Shown here piece by piece: positions 50,201 to 60,273 of a stretch of 64,000 bases of DNA (the stretch's first letter is position 1; each line of letters begins with the position of its first letter). Source of the stretch: an uncultured Planctomycetota bacterium (GTDB lineage Bacteria > Planctomycetota > Planctomycetia > Isosphaerales > Isosphaeraceae); assembly GCA_963823665.1 (NCBI GenBank), contig CAWGMQ010000005.1:1696001-1760000 (forward strand), in the 5' to 3' direction. The position numbers and the translations under genes are program-made. Under the pieces are notes generated by a model. The model saw only the letters and a program-made list of their open reading frames with translations. It was not told where the DNA came from and did no database searches.

Positions 50201-50665
50201 TCGTCGTTCACCAAGACTGCGTTGGGCCCGGGCGCAGTCGCCCCATCGATTGAGGCGACGACTCTTGACGGCAAGCCGATCACTCTTGCCGATTTCAAAG
50301 GCAAGTACGTGCTACTCGACTTCTGGGCGACCTGGTGCGGACCTTGCATCGCCGAGATTCCACAACTCCAGGCTGTCCACCAAGCGTTCGGCAAGGATAA
50401 GAACTTTGCGATTCTGAGCTTGAGTGTCGATGAACGGATCGACGAGCCCAAGAAGTTCGAGGAGAAGCGAAAGCTGCCGTGGGCGCAGGCTTTCCTGGGC
50501 GCCGGAATTCAAGGCCCGATCCCCGCCAAATTCGGCGTCCGGGCCATCCCCGCATTTGTCCTGGTCGGTCCCGACGGTAAGATTATTGCCCGAGGGATGC
50601 GAGGCGACGGCATCAAGAAAGAGGTCGAGAAGGCGCTTCAATCGCAGGCTTTGCCGGTCAAGTAG
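47286..50665 (+). CDS. Membrane-anchored ECF sigma factor with repeats and C-terminal TlpA-like redoxin, frameshifted near 48205
   Basis: Sigma2/4 motifs, TM, then the second frame gives VRGIVVDEAGRPVAG repeats and DFKGKYVLLDFWATWCGPC, FGVRAIP; GGAGG RBS. Confidence 0.88.
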
Positions 50666-51348
50666 GCCAGGCGGAGCTCTTTCGGAAAGCGCTCGATCGA
50701 ATACCTCAGCGCGGTTCGGGGCATGACTTTGCCGTGGCGTCGCAGGAAGCGCTCCAGGGTTGGCTGATCTCGCTTTCCCACTTCGCGGAGCATCCAGCCG
50801 ACGGCCTTGTGAATGAGGTCTTCCTTGTCGGCGAGAAGCAGCCGGGAGATTTTGAGCGTGTCGGCGAATTCTCCTTGCCGGATGAAGTAATGGGTTGCGA
50901 CGATGCTGATGCGTCGCTCCCACATGCTCGTCGAACGCGCGAGCTGCACGAGCGGCTCGCGGCTCTTGTCCGCCAGATGCCCCCCGACGATTTCTCGAGC
51001 CGAGGCATCCACCAGATCCCAGTTGTTGATGTAACGCGTGTGCGCGAGGTAGAGTTTGTAGATCTTCTCCTTCGCGGCCGCGTCGCCCTTCATGGCCTGA
51101 CGAACCAGGATCAGCAGCGCGATCGCCCTGTCCTCGTGCACGGCTGACCGCAAGAGCACCCGCAGATCACGCAAGGAAAGGCCGGCGTGCTCCTTGCTCA
51201 GCCGATGCATCGTCTGGGCGTTAAGCCCCAGGAAAATGTCGCCCTCGCCATACTGGCCCGGACCCATTCTAAAAAAACGGGCTGCCTGGGCCGTAGCCTC
51301 GGGAGAGCCAAGCTCGCGCAGTTGCTGTTGAATCTCGGAAGCTGTCAT
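50638..51348 (-). CDS. DNA alkylation repair protein (AlkD-like)
   Basis: GQYGEGDIFLG, INNWDLVD, WERRISIV, EDLIHKAVGWMLRE, MPRTALRYSIE. Confidence 0.9.
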   Translation of the reverse strand: MTASEIQQQLRELGSPEATAQAARFFRMGPGQYGEGDIFLGLNAQTMHRLSKEHAGLSLRDLRVLLRSAVHEDRAIALLILVRQAMKGDAAAKEKIYKLYLAHTRYINNWDLVDASAREIVGGHLADKSREPLVQLARSTSMWERRISIVATHYFIRQGEFADTLKISRLLLADKEDLIHKAVGWMLREVGKRDQPTLERFLRRHGKVMPRTALRYSIERFPKELRLAYLTGKACD

Positions 51349-51457
51349 GCGATGAACCCGATGCGTGATGGAAAGCATTGCCCTGGGCCGGCGAGGCCGG
51401 TACGCTGAGCCGTGCGGCTGACTTATTCTCTGCCATCAAACGATCGAGCGGAAGCCG

Positions 51458-52027
51458 ATGCCGATCACGTACGACGAAGCCGTTGCCAAGCTACACGAAT
51501 GGACCGATAGCCCCGCGTTGCGCTGCCATGCCCGCGCGGTCGAGGCGGCGATGCGGCTCGCATCGCACCGATACGGCGGCGGGCTGGACGAGAACCTGTG
51601 GGCGATGACAGGGCTCCTGCACGACGCAGATTATGATCGATGGCCCGATGAACATCCGAAGTTGATCGTTGCCTGGCTTCGTGAGCAGGGTGAGCCTGCG
51701 ATCGCCCAGGCGGTCGTGGCCCACTTCAATCCGGCCGATGTTCCCGAGCTCACAGCGCTCGACAAGGGACTTCTCGCCTGCGACGAGCTTGCCGGCTTCG
51801 TGATGGCCTGCTGCATGGTGCGCCCTGACGGAATTCATTCGCTCGCCCCATCGAGCGTGAAGAAAAAGCTCAAGGACAAAAGCTTCGCGGCCAAGGTCAA
51901 CCGCAATGACGTCTACCAGGGAGCCGAGCGTCTGGGCGTGAACCTCGACGAGCACATTCAGCTTGTGATCGAAGCCTTGAAACCACACGCTGAAGCACTG
52001 GGCATCGCGGGCACGGGACGGTCGTGA
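51458..52027 (+). CDS. HDIG-domain metal-dependent hydrolase
   Basis: L.CHARAVE, GLLHDADY, ACDELAGF, SVKKKLKDKSFAA. Confidence 0.88.
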   Translation: MPITYDEAVAKLHEWTDSPALRCHARAVEAAMRLASHRYGGGLDENLWAMTGLLHDADYDRWPDEHPKLIVAWLREQGEPAIAQAVVAHFNPADVPELTALDKGLLACDELAGFVMACCMVRPDGIHSLAPSSVKKKLKDKSFAAKVNRNDVYQGAERLGVNLDEHIQLVIEALKPHAEALGIAGTGRS

Positions 52028-52067
52028 ACTTGCCCGCCTGCCCCGCTCCACAAGAAACGAGTGCTCG

Positions 52068-52820
52068 ATGACTGCATCGTCAGAATGGTGGAAGAACTTC
52101 TTCTCCGGCGCCGCCGTCGAATCTTGGCTGATGATGCCCACGACGCAAATGACGGAGAGCGAGGCTGACTTCATCCAAAAATCGTTGGACGTGACCCCGC
52201 CGGCTCAGCTTCTCGATGTCCCCTGCGGCGGAGGCCGGCATTGCCACGCCTTGGCCGCACGCGGATTTAACATGACGGGCGTCGATCTGTCCGCCGAGTT
52301 TCTGACCGCCGCCCGATCACTTCCCGCCGACTCGTCAGGTCAGATTGCGTGGGAACACCGTGAGATGCGAGACCTTCCGTGGCCAAACCGGTTCGACGGG
52401 GCTTATTCCTTCGGCAACAGCTTCAGCTACCTGGATGACCATGGGAACGCCCAGTTCTTGAAGGCGGTCTTTAGCACGCTCAAGCGCGGCGGCAAGTTCG
52501 TGCTCGACACCGGCTATATCCTCGAGATCATCCTACCGACGTTGCAGGAACGAGCCTGGTACCCGGTCGGCGAGTTTCTGATGCTGGCACAACGGCGGTA
52601 CGAGCCAGCCGAAGGTCGCCTGCACGTGGAGTACACGTGGATCCGCGATGGCAAAACCGAAAAACGATCGATGTCGGCCCGGCTCTACAGCGTTCGCGAA
52701 CTGCTCCAGCTCCTCAAGGAGACGGGCTTTGCGGAGGTGCAACTTTTCTCGTCACTCGATCGGGAGGCGTTCCGATTCGGCTCCCACCGGCTCCTCGTGG
52801 TCGCAACCAAGCCATCATGA
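52068..52820 (+). CDS. Class I SAM-dependent methyltransferase
   Basis: LLDVPCGGGRH, GVDLS, MRDL, FGNSFSY, LKRGG. Confidence 0.88.
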   Translation: MTASSEWWKNFFSGAAVESWLMMPTTQMTESEADFIQKSLDVTPPAQLLDVPCGGGRHCHALAARGFNMTGVDLSAEFLTAARSLPADSSGQIAWEHREMRDLPWPNRFDGAYSFGNSFSYLDDHGNAQFLKAVFSTLKRGGKFVLDTGYILEIILPTLQERAWYPVGEFLMLAQRRYEPAEGRLHVEYTWIRDGKTEKRSMSARLYSVRELLQLLKETGFAEVQLFSSLDREAFRFGSHRLLVVATKPS

Positions 52821-53935
52821 ATCAGAATCAATCGAAGAACATTTACGCGAATCTCGGCATCAAGACGTTAATTAACGCCCAGGGGACGTACACGGCGCTG
52901 GGCGGCTCGCTCATGCCGCCGGAGGTGCTGCGAGCGATGACCGAGGCGGCCGGTTGGTTCGTGTCGATCCCTGACCTTCAGGAGAAGGTCGGAGCGCGGA
53001 TCGCCGGGCTGCTCAAGGTTCCCGCCGCGATGGTCACGGCAGGCGCCGCCTCGGCGATTACCGTTGCCACGGCGGCCTGCATGGCTCGCGATCATCCCGG
53101 CGCGATTGACAAACTTCCCGAGACCGAGGGGCTCAGGAACGAGGTTGTCATTCAGAAGAGCCACAAGTGCGGCTACGAGCCGCAAATGCTGTTGCTCGGT
53201 GCAAAGCTGGTCTGGGTCGAATCCCACGCCGAGCTCGAGAGATCGATCAACGCCCGCACGGCGATGCTCTTTTTTCTGAACCGCTATGAGCCGCTGGGGC
53301 AGATCAAGCGGCAGGATTGGATCCGTGCCGGCAAGAAACACACTGTTCCAGTTTTCAACGATGCCGCCGCGGATGTTCCGCCGGCCGGCCGGCTTTCAGA
53401 ATACGTCGACCAGGGCTTCGATCTAGTCGCCTTTTCCGGGGGCAAGGCGTTGTGCGGTCCTCAGGCCTCCGGCTTGCTGGTGGGGCGTGCCGATCTTATC
53501 GCAACGGCCCGCCACGCCTTGAGCCCGCAGATGGGCATTGGCCGCGGCATGAAAGTCGGCAAGGAAGAGATCATGGGCTTGCTCGCCGCAGTCGAGCGAT
53601 TCCTGACGATGGACCACGACGCACAGTGGCGGCTTTGGGAAACGCGCGTCGCCGAGATGATCGAGATGCTCGGCGGGATTCCAGGCGTCAATTTACGGCG
53701 CGACGTTCCCGAAATCGCCAACCATTCGCCGCACCTGTTGATTGAATGGAGTCGCTGGCACATTGCTCTACCAGCCGCGGAGGTCGTCCGCCAGCTTCGC
53801 GAAGGCGATCCTTCGATCGCGGCGCTCGCGGAAGCCGAGTACGGCCTGAGGATCGCCGTCTGGACACTCCGGGACGGCGAGCATCGCATCGTCGCCACGA
53901 GAATTCGAGACATCCTCGCCGGTAAGAAAACCTGA
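52817..53935 (+). CDS. SelA-like/DgaE-like PLP-dependent enzyme
   Basis: INAQGTYTALGGS, VTAGAA, DAAA, FSGGKALCGPQ, IGRGMKVGKEEI. Confidence 0.85.
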   Translation: MNQNQSKNIYANLGIKTLINAQGTYTALGGSLMPPEVLRAMTEAAGWFVSIPDLQEKVGARIAGLLKVPAAMVTAGAASAITVATAACMARDHPGAIDKLPETEGLRNEVVIQKSHKCGYEPQMLLLGAKLVWVESHAELERSINARTAMLFFLNRYEPLGQIKRQDWIRAGKKHTVPVFNDAAADVPPAGRLSEYVDQGFDLVAFSGGKALCGPQASGLLVGRADLIATARHALSPQMGIGRGMKVGKEEIMGLLAAVERFLTMDHDAQWRLWETRVAEMIEMLGGIPGVNLRRDVPEIANHSPHLLIEWSRWHIALPAAEVVRQLREGDPSIAALAEAEYGLRIAVWTLRDGEHRIVATRIRDILAGKKT

Positions 53936-53961
53936 AATCCGAAATCCGAAATCCGAAATCC
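53934..53961. repeat. Heptamer microsatellite (GAAATCC)4
   Basis: Four exact copies between convergent genes. Confidence 0.9.
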
Positions 53962-53979
53962 TCTCGCGCAGCTCAGGTC

Positions 53980-56679
53980 TCAGGGCGACCCGTCCGAAGT
54001 TGTGGCGGCACCGGCCGCATTGCTTGAACCCGCATCCGCGTCGGCTTGCTTCCGCCTGAGCTCGGCGATTCGATTCGACAGCTCGTCGTTCTTGCGCTCG
54101 AGCTCGCCAAGCTCTTTCTCGAGCTCGCCGAGCGCCCTGGCCCGCGCCGGTGCGAGGTTGCTGCGCTCTGGTTTCTGCCCCGCTTCCTTCAACTCCTTGA
54201 TCGTGGACTCCAGAAAGTCACTCGGGATCCCGCCAAAGCCGAGGTGGTCGCGGCCGAGTCGAGCCTCGAGCACCGGCAGGGCCTTCTTCAGCTTGAGCTG
54301 GCGAACCGTCATCCAGGCAATCAGCCGTACCATGCGATCCGGATCGTCGCAGCGATCGATGAGTGTTGCCTGGAGCGCGGGATCACTCCTGGCCAGCCGG
54401 TTGAATGCACTGATCGCTGTGGACCGAAGCACTGCTGGTTGACCGTGCTTTGAATAAAGTGCGGCCAGCTCGCGAGCCTTGGCTCCGGGAGTCTCGAGCG
54501 AGAGCTCGAGAGCGACCGCGGCAATGGTGTGGTCGCCTGCCGTGATCTTGAGGCCTTTCTCGACCAACTCCGGAGCGTCCTTCACTTTCCATCGCACCAG
54601 CCCGCGCAAGGCGGCCTTGCGCGAACTGTACGGCTGGCCTGGATCGTTCCACGCCGCGCGGAGAAGGGCTTCCGATTTTTCGGAACGCCGGAGCCTGGCC
54701 AGGCCTTCGACTGCCGCAGCTCGCACGCGGGGCTCATGGTCCGAGGCTCCTTCGACGAGCGCTGCACGAAACACCTCTGCGCCATTGCAGAGAATGGCGA
54801 AGAGCTCGTGCCGGGTGATGGGTGATTTCTCCCGTTTCCAGGCCAGGGACAGGGCCTCGGCAATCTTGGTGTTCGTCCTGGCCTTCTTGATCAATTCCGC
54901 CGCCGCGCTCAATCGGCCCAGCATGCACGCGGCGTGCTCGAGCTGGAACAGGTTCTCTTCGTCGGACTTTGCGAAGTTGATCTCCTTGAGCAGCCAGCCC
55001 CGGGGATCGATCTCGACCATCTTGGGGCGGGTTCGGCAGGGGACCACGAATTCGTGCGATCGGCCGTCGATCAAGATCGGAATCACGCGAGGTGCGCCGG
55101 CGCTCTCGGTGATCTCGAGTGTCGTCGGCAAGCGAAATAGTGGCGTCTGCTCGTCGGGGGCCTGGGTCTGCTGCACGCGCACCCGCAGCGTCTGGTCGGC
55201 ATCCTCGTAGTACCAGCGGACCTTGAGCTCGGGGTGACCGGCTTTGTAAACCCACTGGTCAAAGAACCATTTGAGGTCCTGGCCGGAGGCGGCCTCCATT
55301 GCTTTTCGGAAGTCGCCGGTCTCGACGATTTGCAGCTTATGAGCGGCGACGTATTGGCGGATCCCTTTCCACCACGCCGCTTCGCCCACCAGCCCTCGCA
55401 GAACGTGCAGCACGCAGGCTCCCTTCGAATAGGTCACGCCATCGAACATGTCCTCGGATGATCGATATCGCTCCTCAACAAGCGCACGACGGGAAAAGCG
55501 GTCTCCTGCGAGGTATTCGGCCGCAGTCCGGTGCATATCGAGGCGAAAGACGTCATCGCCTTTGTCGTCCTCGGTAAAAATCGCGGCGAAGTAGCTGGCG
55601 AAACCTTCGTTGAGCCAGAGGTGCGACCAGTCCTTGCCCGTCAAGTAATCTCCGAACCATTGATGCGCGAGCTCGTGGGCGACCAAGGAGTCGGAGTCGC
55701 CCTCGAGCGCACCGATCTCGTCGACGAGCACGCTATCGGTCATGGTGGTCGCCGTGATGTTCTCCATTCCTCCGGCGACGAAGTCGGGCACGCATACCTG
55801 CGCATACTTGTTGTAGGGGTAAGGCTGACCGGTCTTTTCGCTGAACAAGCGAATCATCCTGGGCGTGTGGCCCATGAAGCGCCGCGCGGTGGCTTCGTCA
55901 ATGTGCTTGGCGACGTAGTAATCGAGCGGCAGATCACCGACCCGGTCGTGATAAACCGCGAATTCAGCTCCGGCGAGTGAAATCAGATAGCTCACGTGAG
56001 GAACGTCCATTTTCCAGTGGTAAGTGGTCGTCGCGCCGGAATCCACTTTCTCGGCAAGCACGCCGTTGGACAGGACGAAGAGGGGTTTAGACACCGTGAT
56101 GATCATCTCGCTTGTGGCACGCTCATTCGGGTAGTCGTAGCATGGGAGCCAGCACCTCGTATCCTCCGACTCGCCCTGGGTCCAGAACGACAGCATCTTG
56201 TTGGGGTAGCCAGCGGCCGGGTCGACAAAATACAGCCCCCGCACGGGCTTGCCTGAATACTCGACGGCCACGTCGAGCGTGTCAGCAGGCCCGTACGGCC
56301 TATCGAGCTTGATCGCGAGTTTCTGCTCCTTGACGCCGAAAGTGCACTGTGCCGCACTGGTTCCCACGCGCACCCTGGCGATCTTCAGGTCCGGCCCGCA
56401 ATCCAGCTCAACTTCACTCAGGAGGGGGTGCAGCGGGCTGATCGTGTGTGTGACCACGCCGCTCACCTGGTGATTCACGGTATCTACGACCAGCTTGGCC
56501 TTGATATGCTTGACGTCGAAGAATCGGATCCGTTCTGGTTGGCGGGGCGTTCCGGCCTTGACGAACGGCGGACGCCTGCGTCCGACTTCCAGCGTCGTAC
56601 TCTGGGCGAGCGCGAACGGGCTGGCGGCAGCCGCCGCCAGGATCAAGTAAATTCCGATTCCTCGAATCAGCCTGGGCAT
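53980..56679 (-). CDS. Secreted M1 family aminopeptidase with HEAT repeats and coiled-coil tail
   Basis: Signal peptide, TQGE, GGMEN, HELAHQW-x-LNEGFA, YSKGA. Confidence 0.92.
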   Translation of the reverse strand: MPRLIRGIGIYLILAAAAASPFALAQSTTLEVGRRRPPFVKAGTPRQPERIRFFDVKHIKAKLVVDTVNHQVSGVVTHTISPLHPLLSEVELDCGPDLKIARVRVGTSAAQCTFGVKEQKLAIKLDRPYGPADTLDVAVEYSGKPVRGLYFVDPAAGYPNKMLSFWTQGESEDTRCWLPCYDYPNERATSEMIITVSKPLFVLSNGVLAEKVDSGATTTYHWKMDVPHVSYLISLAGAEFAVYHDRVGDLPLDYYVAKHIDEATARRFMGHTPRMIRLFSEKTGQPYPYNKYAQVCVPDFVAGGMENITATTMTDSVLVDEIGALEGDSDSLVAHELAHQWFGDYLTGKDWSHLWLNEGFASYFAAIFTEDDKGDDVFRLDMHRTAAEYLAGDRFSRRALVEERYRSSEDMFDGVTYSKGACVLHVLRGLVGEAAWWKGIRQYVAAHKLQIVETGDFRKAMEAASGQDLKWFFDQWVYKAGHPELKVRWYYEDADQTLRVRVQQTQAPDEQTPLFRLPTTLEITESAGAPRVIPILIDGRSHEFVVPCRTRPKMVEIDPRGWLLKEINFAKSDEENLFQLEHAACMLGRLSAAAELIKKARTNTKIAEALSLAWKREKSPITRHELFAILCNGAEVFRAALVEGASDHEPRVRAAAVEGLARLRRSEKSEALLRAAWNDPGQPYSSRKAALRGLVRWKVKDAPELVEKGLKITAGDHTIAAVALELSLETPGAKARELAALYSKHGQPAVLRSTAISAFNRLARSDPALQATLIDRCDDPDRMVRLIAWMTVRQLKLKKALPVLEARLGRDHLGFGGIPSDFLESTIKELKEAGQKPERSNLAPARARALGELEKELGELERKNDELSNRIAELRRKQADADAGSSNAAGAATTSDGSP

Positions 56680-56694
56680 GATGGTTTCCAATCG

Positions 56695-58710
56695 ATGAAC
56701 CGACACGGTTTCCTCCGCATCGCCTGCGCCTCACCCCGCGTGAGCGTCGCCGATCCGTCGGCCAACGCGGCCGAAATCATCCGGCTCATCGCCTTGGCGA
56801 CCGATAGCGATCTACTCGTGTTCCCCGAGCTCTGCGTTACAGGATACACCTGCGCCGACCTCTTCGGCCAATCGGTTCTCCTGGAAGGAGCTTGCAGGGC
56901 CGTGCGGCAGATCGCCCGCGCGACAACCGGCCGGCCGCAACTGGTGGTCGTAGGCTGCCCGGTTGCGGTGGGCAACGGACTCTACAACTGCGCGGTTGCG
57001 CTCTCGGACGGTGCGATCCTGGGCATCGTTCCCAAACAGCACTTGCCCAATTACAAGGAATACTACGAGAACCGCTGGTTCCAGCCGGCGAACGGGACCG
57101 AGCCAACTGAAATCGAGCTGGAAGACGTGCGGGCGCCGTTCGGCACGGATCTTCTATTCGCGGCAAGGACTGCGGGTGAGTCGAGGGCCGGTTCGGTCCT
57201 GATCGGAATCGAGATCTGCGAGGACTTGTGGGTTCCGATTCCACCGAGCTCGCTCCAGGCGCTGGCCGGGGCGACAGTCATTCTCAACCTCTCGGCCAGC
57301 AACGAGACTATCGGCAAGAGCCGCTATCGGACGGATCTCGTCGTGGGCCAATCCGGCCGCGCCATCGCCGGGTATGCGATGGCTGGGGCCGGCCCGTCGG
57401 AATCGACTACCGACGTGGTGTTCGGCGGCCATTGTCTGATTGCAGAGAACGGCCGCCTGCTGGCGGAATCGCCCCGTGTCGGCGACGGCCAACCCGTCCG
57501 GCGCGATTCGTACTTGATCACCCAGGATATCGACGTCGCCAAGCTTCTGTTCGATCGGCGACTCATGACGAGCTTCGACGGCACCGCAGCAAGCTCGAAG
57601 CGGTTTCGCCCTGTTGAATTCTTTCTCTCCGAAACAATGGATGGACTGAAGCGCGACGTGCCCGGCACTCCATTTGTGCCAGCGGAGGGTCCGGAGCTTC
57701 ATCGCCGATGCGCCGAGATCTTTGGCATTCAATGCGCAGGACTGGCCAAACGCATCGAATGCCTTCCCCCCGGCTCACGATTCTACATCGGCATTTCGGG
57801 AGGCCTCGATTCCACGCTCGCGGCATTAGTCACCGTCGCCACCTGCGACATGCTCGGGCTGGACCGGCGCCAGGTGCACGGACTCACGATGCCCGGCTTC
57901 GGCACGACTGCTCGTACCCGCGCGAATGCGCTTGCGCTCATGGAACATCTGGGGATCTCTGCAGAATCGATCGACCTGAGCGAGATGGCGCTCCAGGCGT
58001 TCCGCGAGCTGAGCCATCGCCCGTTCGGAATTGATTGCACGAACCTTGATCTCAAGTCGTTTCGTGCCGCGCTCGAACGCATTCCCAGAGAGGCGTGCAG
58101 CGACCTGGTCTTCGAGAACGTCCAGGCCCGTCTGCGCACGTTTCTGCTCATGTCCAAAGGTTTCGTCGTCGGCACCGGCGACCTCTCCGAGCAGGCACTG
58201 GGCTGGTCGACCTATAATGGCGACCACATGAGCATGTATAATCCCAACTGCTCGATCCCCAAAACGCTGGTGAAATTCCTGGTCAAGTACGTGGCTCTCT
58301 ACCAGTTTCCAGAGGGCCCCGCCCGGCGCACGCTGCTTTCCATTGTCGAGACGACGATTTCGCCCGAGCTCTTGCCGCCTGGGGCTGGCGGTGAAATCGA
58401 ACAATCGACCGAGGCAGCGCTCGGCCCCTTCGAGCTGCACGACTTCATCCTGTATCACGCGGTGCGCTGCGGATATCCGCCGGAAAAGATTCTGTTCCTG
58501 AGCCGCTTCGCCACATTCACCCAGTCGTATCCGCCCGAATTATTCGAGCGGACGATGAAGACCTTTTTCGAACGGTTCTTTCGTCATCAATACAAGCGGT
58601 CGTGCGTCCCCGACGGCCCCAAGGTCGGCACGGTCAGCCTGTCTCCTCGCGGCGACTGGCGAATGCCGTCTGACGCTCTTGTCGCCGAGTGGCTCAGATG
58701 GAAAGCGTGA
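56695..58710 (+). CDS. nadE: Glutamine-dependent NAD(+) synthetase
   Basis: FPEL.VTGY, PK..LPNY.EYYE, EICEDLW, GISGGLDST, ENVQAR, GTGDLSE, KRSCVPDGPKVG, SPRGDWRMPSD. Confidence 0.95.
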   Translation: MNRHGFLRIACASPRVSVADPSANAAEIIRLIALATDSDLLVFPELCVTGYTCADLFGQSVLLEGACRAVRQIARATTGRPQLVVVGCPVAVGNGLYNCAVALSDGAILGIVPKQHLPNYKEYYENRWFQPANGTEPTEIELEDVRAPFGTDLLFAARTAGESRAGSVLIGIEICEDLWVPIPPSSLQALAGATVILNLSASNETIGKSRYRTDLVVGQSGRAIAGYAMAGAGPSESTTDVVFGGHCLIAENGRLLAESPRVGDGQPVRRDSYLITQDIDVAKLLFDRRLMTSFDGTAASSKRFRPVEFFLSETMDGLKRDVPGTPFVPAEGPELHRRCAEIFGIQCAGLAKRIECLPPGSRFYIGISGGLDSTLAALVTVATCDMLGLDRRQVHGLTMPGFGTTARTRANALALMEHLGISAESIDLSEMALQAFRELSHRPFGIDCTNLDLKSFRAALERIPREACSDLVFENVQARLRTFLLMSKGFVVGTGDLSEQALGWSTYNGDHMSMYNPNCSIPKTLVKFLVKYVALYQFPEGPARRTLLSIVETTISPELLPPGAGGEIEQSTEAALGPFELHDFILYHAVRCGYPPEKILFLSRFATFTQSYPPELFERTMKTFFERFFRHQYKRSCVPDGPKVGTVSLSPRGDWRMPSDALVAEWLRWKA

Positions 58711-58747
58711 GCTCCCAGGTCTGACCGATCAAACCCTCGCCGAACCT

Positions 58748-60268
58748 TCAGGCGAGAAGCTCCTTGCGGATCTTGGCCTCGCCCTCGGGGCCGATGAGCT
58801 TCTGGTGTAACCCCTGGTAGGCGTAGGTGAGCTTCCAGGCGTCGAGGCCAAGCAGGTGAAGGATGGTGGCTTGCAGGTCGTGGATGCTCACGGGATTCTG
58901 GACGATGTTGTAACCCAGAAGATCGGTTGCGCCGACGGTGATGCCCGGCTTGATTCCGCCACCGGCGAGCCAGATTGCGAAGCAGTGTGGGTGGTGGTCG
59001 CGACCCAGGAACTTCGAGCCGCCGCGGGCCTCGTTCATGGATGTGCGGCCAAACTCGCCTCCCCAGACCACGAGGGTTTCCTCGAGCAGGCCGCGACGTT
59101 TGAGGTCTGTCAGCAAGGCGGCAATCGGCCGGTCGACTTCCCTGCACTTTTCCGGCAAGTGCTTGACAATGTCGTCACCGGCACCGGTTCCGTGACAATC
59201 CCATCCCCAATCGAAGAGCTGGACGTAGCGCACGCCTCGCTCGAGCAACCGCCGGGCCAGCAGGCAGTTATTGGCGAATGACGATGCCCCGGGGCTGGCG
59301 CCATACTCTTCCAGAATGGGCGCGGGCTCCTGTCTGATGTCCATCACGTCGGGAACGGCCATCTGCATCCGGAAGGCCAGCTCGTACTGGCTGATCCGCG
59401 TCAGAGTCTCGGGGTCACCGAACTGAGAGAGCTCAAATTCGTTGAGCTTGCGAAGTGCGTCGAGCGTGCGCCGGCGATCTTGACGCTCCATGCCCTTGGG
59501 ATCGTTGACGTAGAGCACGGGATCACCGACCGTGCGGCACTGTACGCCCTGGTAAACACTCGGCAGAAAGCCAGTGCTCCAGAGGGCCTTACCGCCGGTG
59601 GGATCCGTGCCCCCGCTGATCAGAACGATGAAACCGGGCAGGTCTTCATTCTCTGTACCCAGGCCGTACGTGATCCAGGATCCCATCGCCGCGGCGCCGT
59701 TGCGCGATGAGCCCGTGTAGAGGAACAGCTCGGCCGGCGCATGGTTGAACTGGTCGGTATACATCGACTTGACGATGGCGATCTCGTCAATCGTGCCGCG
59801 CAAGTGGGGCAAGAGCTCACTGACCAGCGCGCCGCACTGACCGCTTTTCTGGAACCGGTACGGCGTGCCCAGAAGCTTGGGATGCCCTTTGATGAAGGCG
59901 AACCGCTGATTCTTGAGCAGCTCGTCCGGGCAGGGCTTCATGTGATGCTTGACCAGCTCGGGCTTCCAGTCAAACAGGTCTTGCTGGGGTGGTCCGCCTG
60001 ACATGTGCAGGTAAACCACCCGTTTGGCCTTGGGCGCGAAGTGCGGAGGTCTGAGAGCCATCGGTGAAAGAGCCGAAGGAATCGCAGAGGACGGACCTGC
60101 CCCCCTGCTCTGCGTTACTCCCGGCTGCTCTGGCTTCCCGCCCCGCGCATTGCGATCGAGCAGCGAGGCCAGCGCAATGGCACCTAATCCCGCTTGCGAT
60201 GTCTTCAAGAACTGGCGGCGGGTGTGTGCACGCGCGAGCTGCAGGTTGAGGGGAAGATCGATATCCAT
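58748..60268 (-). CDS. DUF1501 domain protein (Tat-type)
   Basis: TRRQFL, PKAKRVVYLHMSGGP, WGGEFGR, GRDHH, HDLQATILHLLG. Confidence 0.92.
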   Translation of the reverse strand: MDIDLPLNLQLARAHTRRQFLKTSQAGLGAIALASLLDRNARGGKPEQPGVTQSRGAGPSSAIPSALSPMALRPPHFAPKAKRVVYLHMSGGPPQQDLFDWKPELVKHHMKPCPDELLKNQRFAFIKGHPKLLGTPYRFQKSGQCGALVSELLPHLRGTIDEIAIVKSMYTDQFNHAPAELFLYTGSSRNGAAAMGSWITYGLGTENEDLPGFIVLISGGTDPTGGKALWSTGFLPSVYQGVQCRTVGDPVLYVNDPKGMERQDRRRTLDALRKLNEFELSQFGDPETLTRISQYELAFRMQMAVPDVMDIRQEPAPILEEYGASPGASSFANNCLLARRLLERGVRYVQLFDWGWDCHGTGAGDDIVKHLPEKCREVDRPIAALLTDLKRRGLLEETLVVWGGEFGRTSMNEARGGSKFLGRDHHPHCFAIWLAGGGIKPGITVGATDLLGYNIVQNPVSIHDLQATILHLLGLDAWKLTYAYQGLHQKLIGPEGEAKIRKELLA

Positions 60269-60273
60269 GAGAA

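Noticed and set aside
52817..53935. Selenocysteine machinery
   Set aside because: Protein is the short SelA-like/DgaE type; no selB, selC or selD and no in-frame TGA-split gene seen
56428..56694. N-terminal extension of NadE in the ORF track
   Set aside because: Overlaps the aminopeptidase on the opposite strand; homology begins at MNRHGFLRIA
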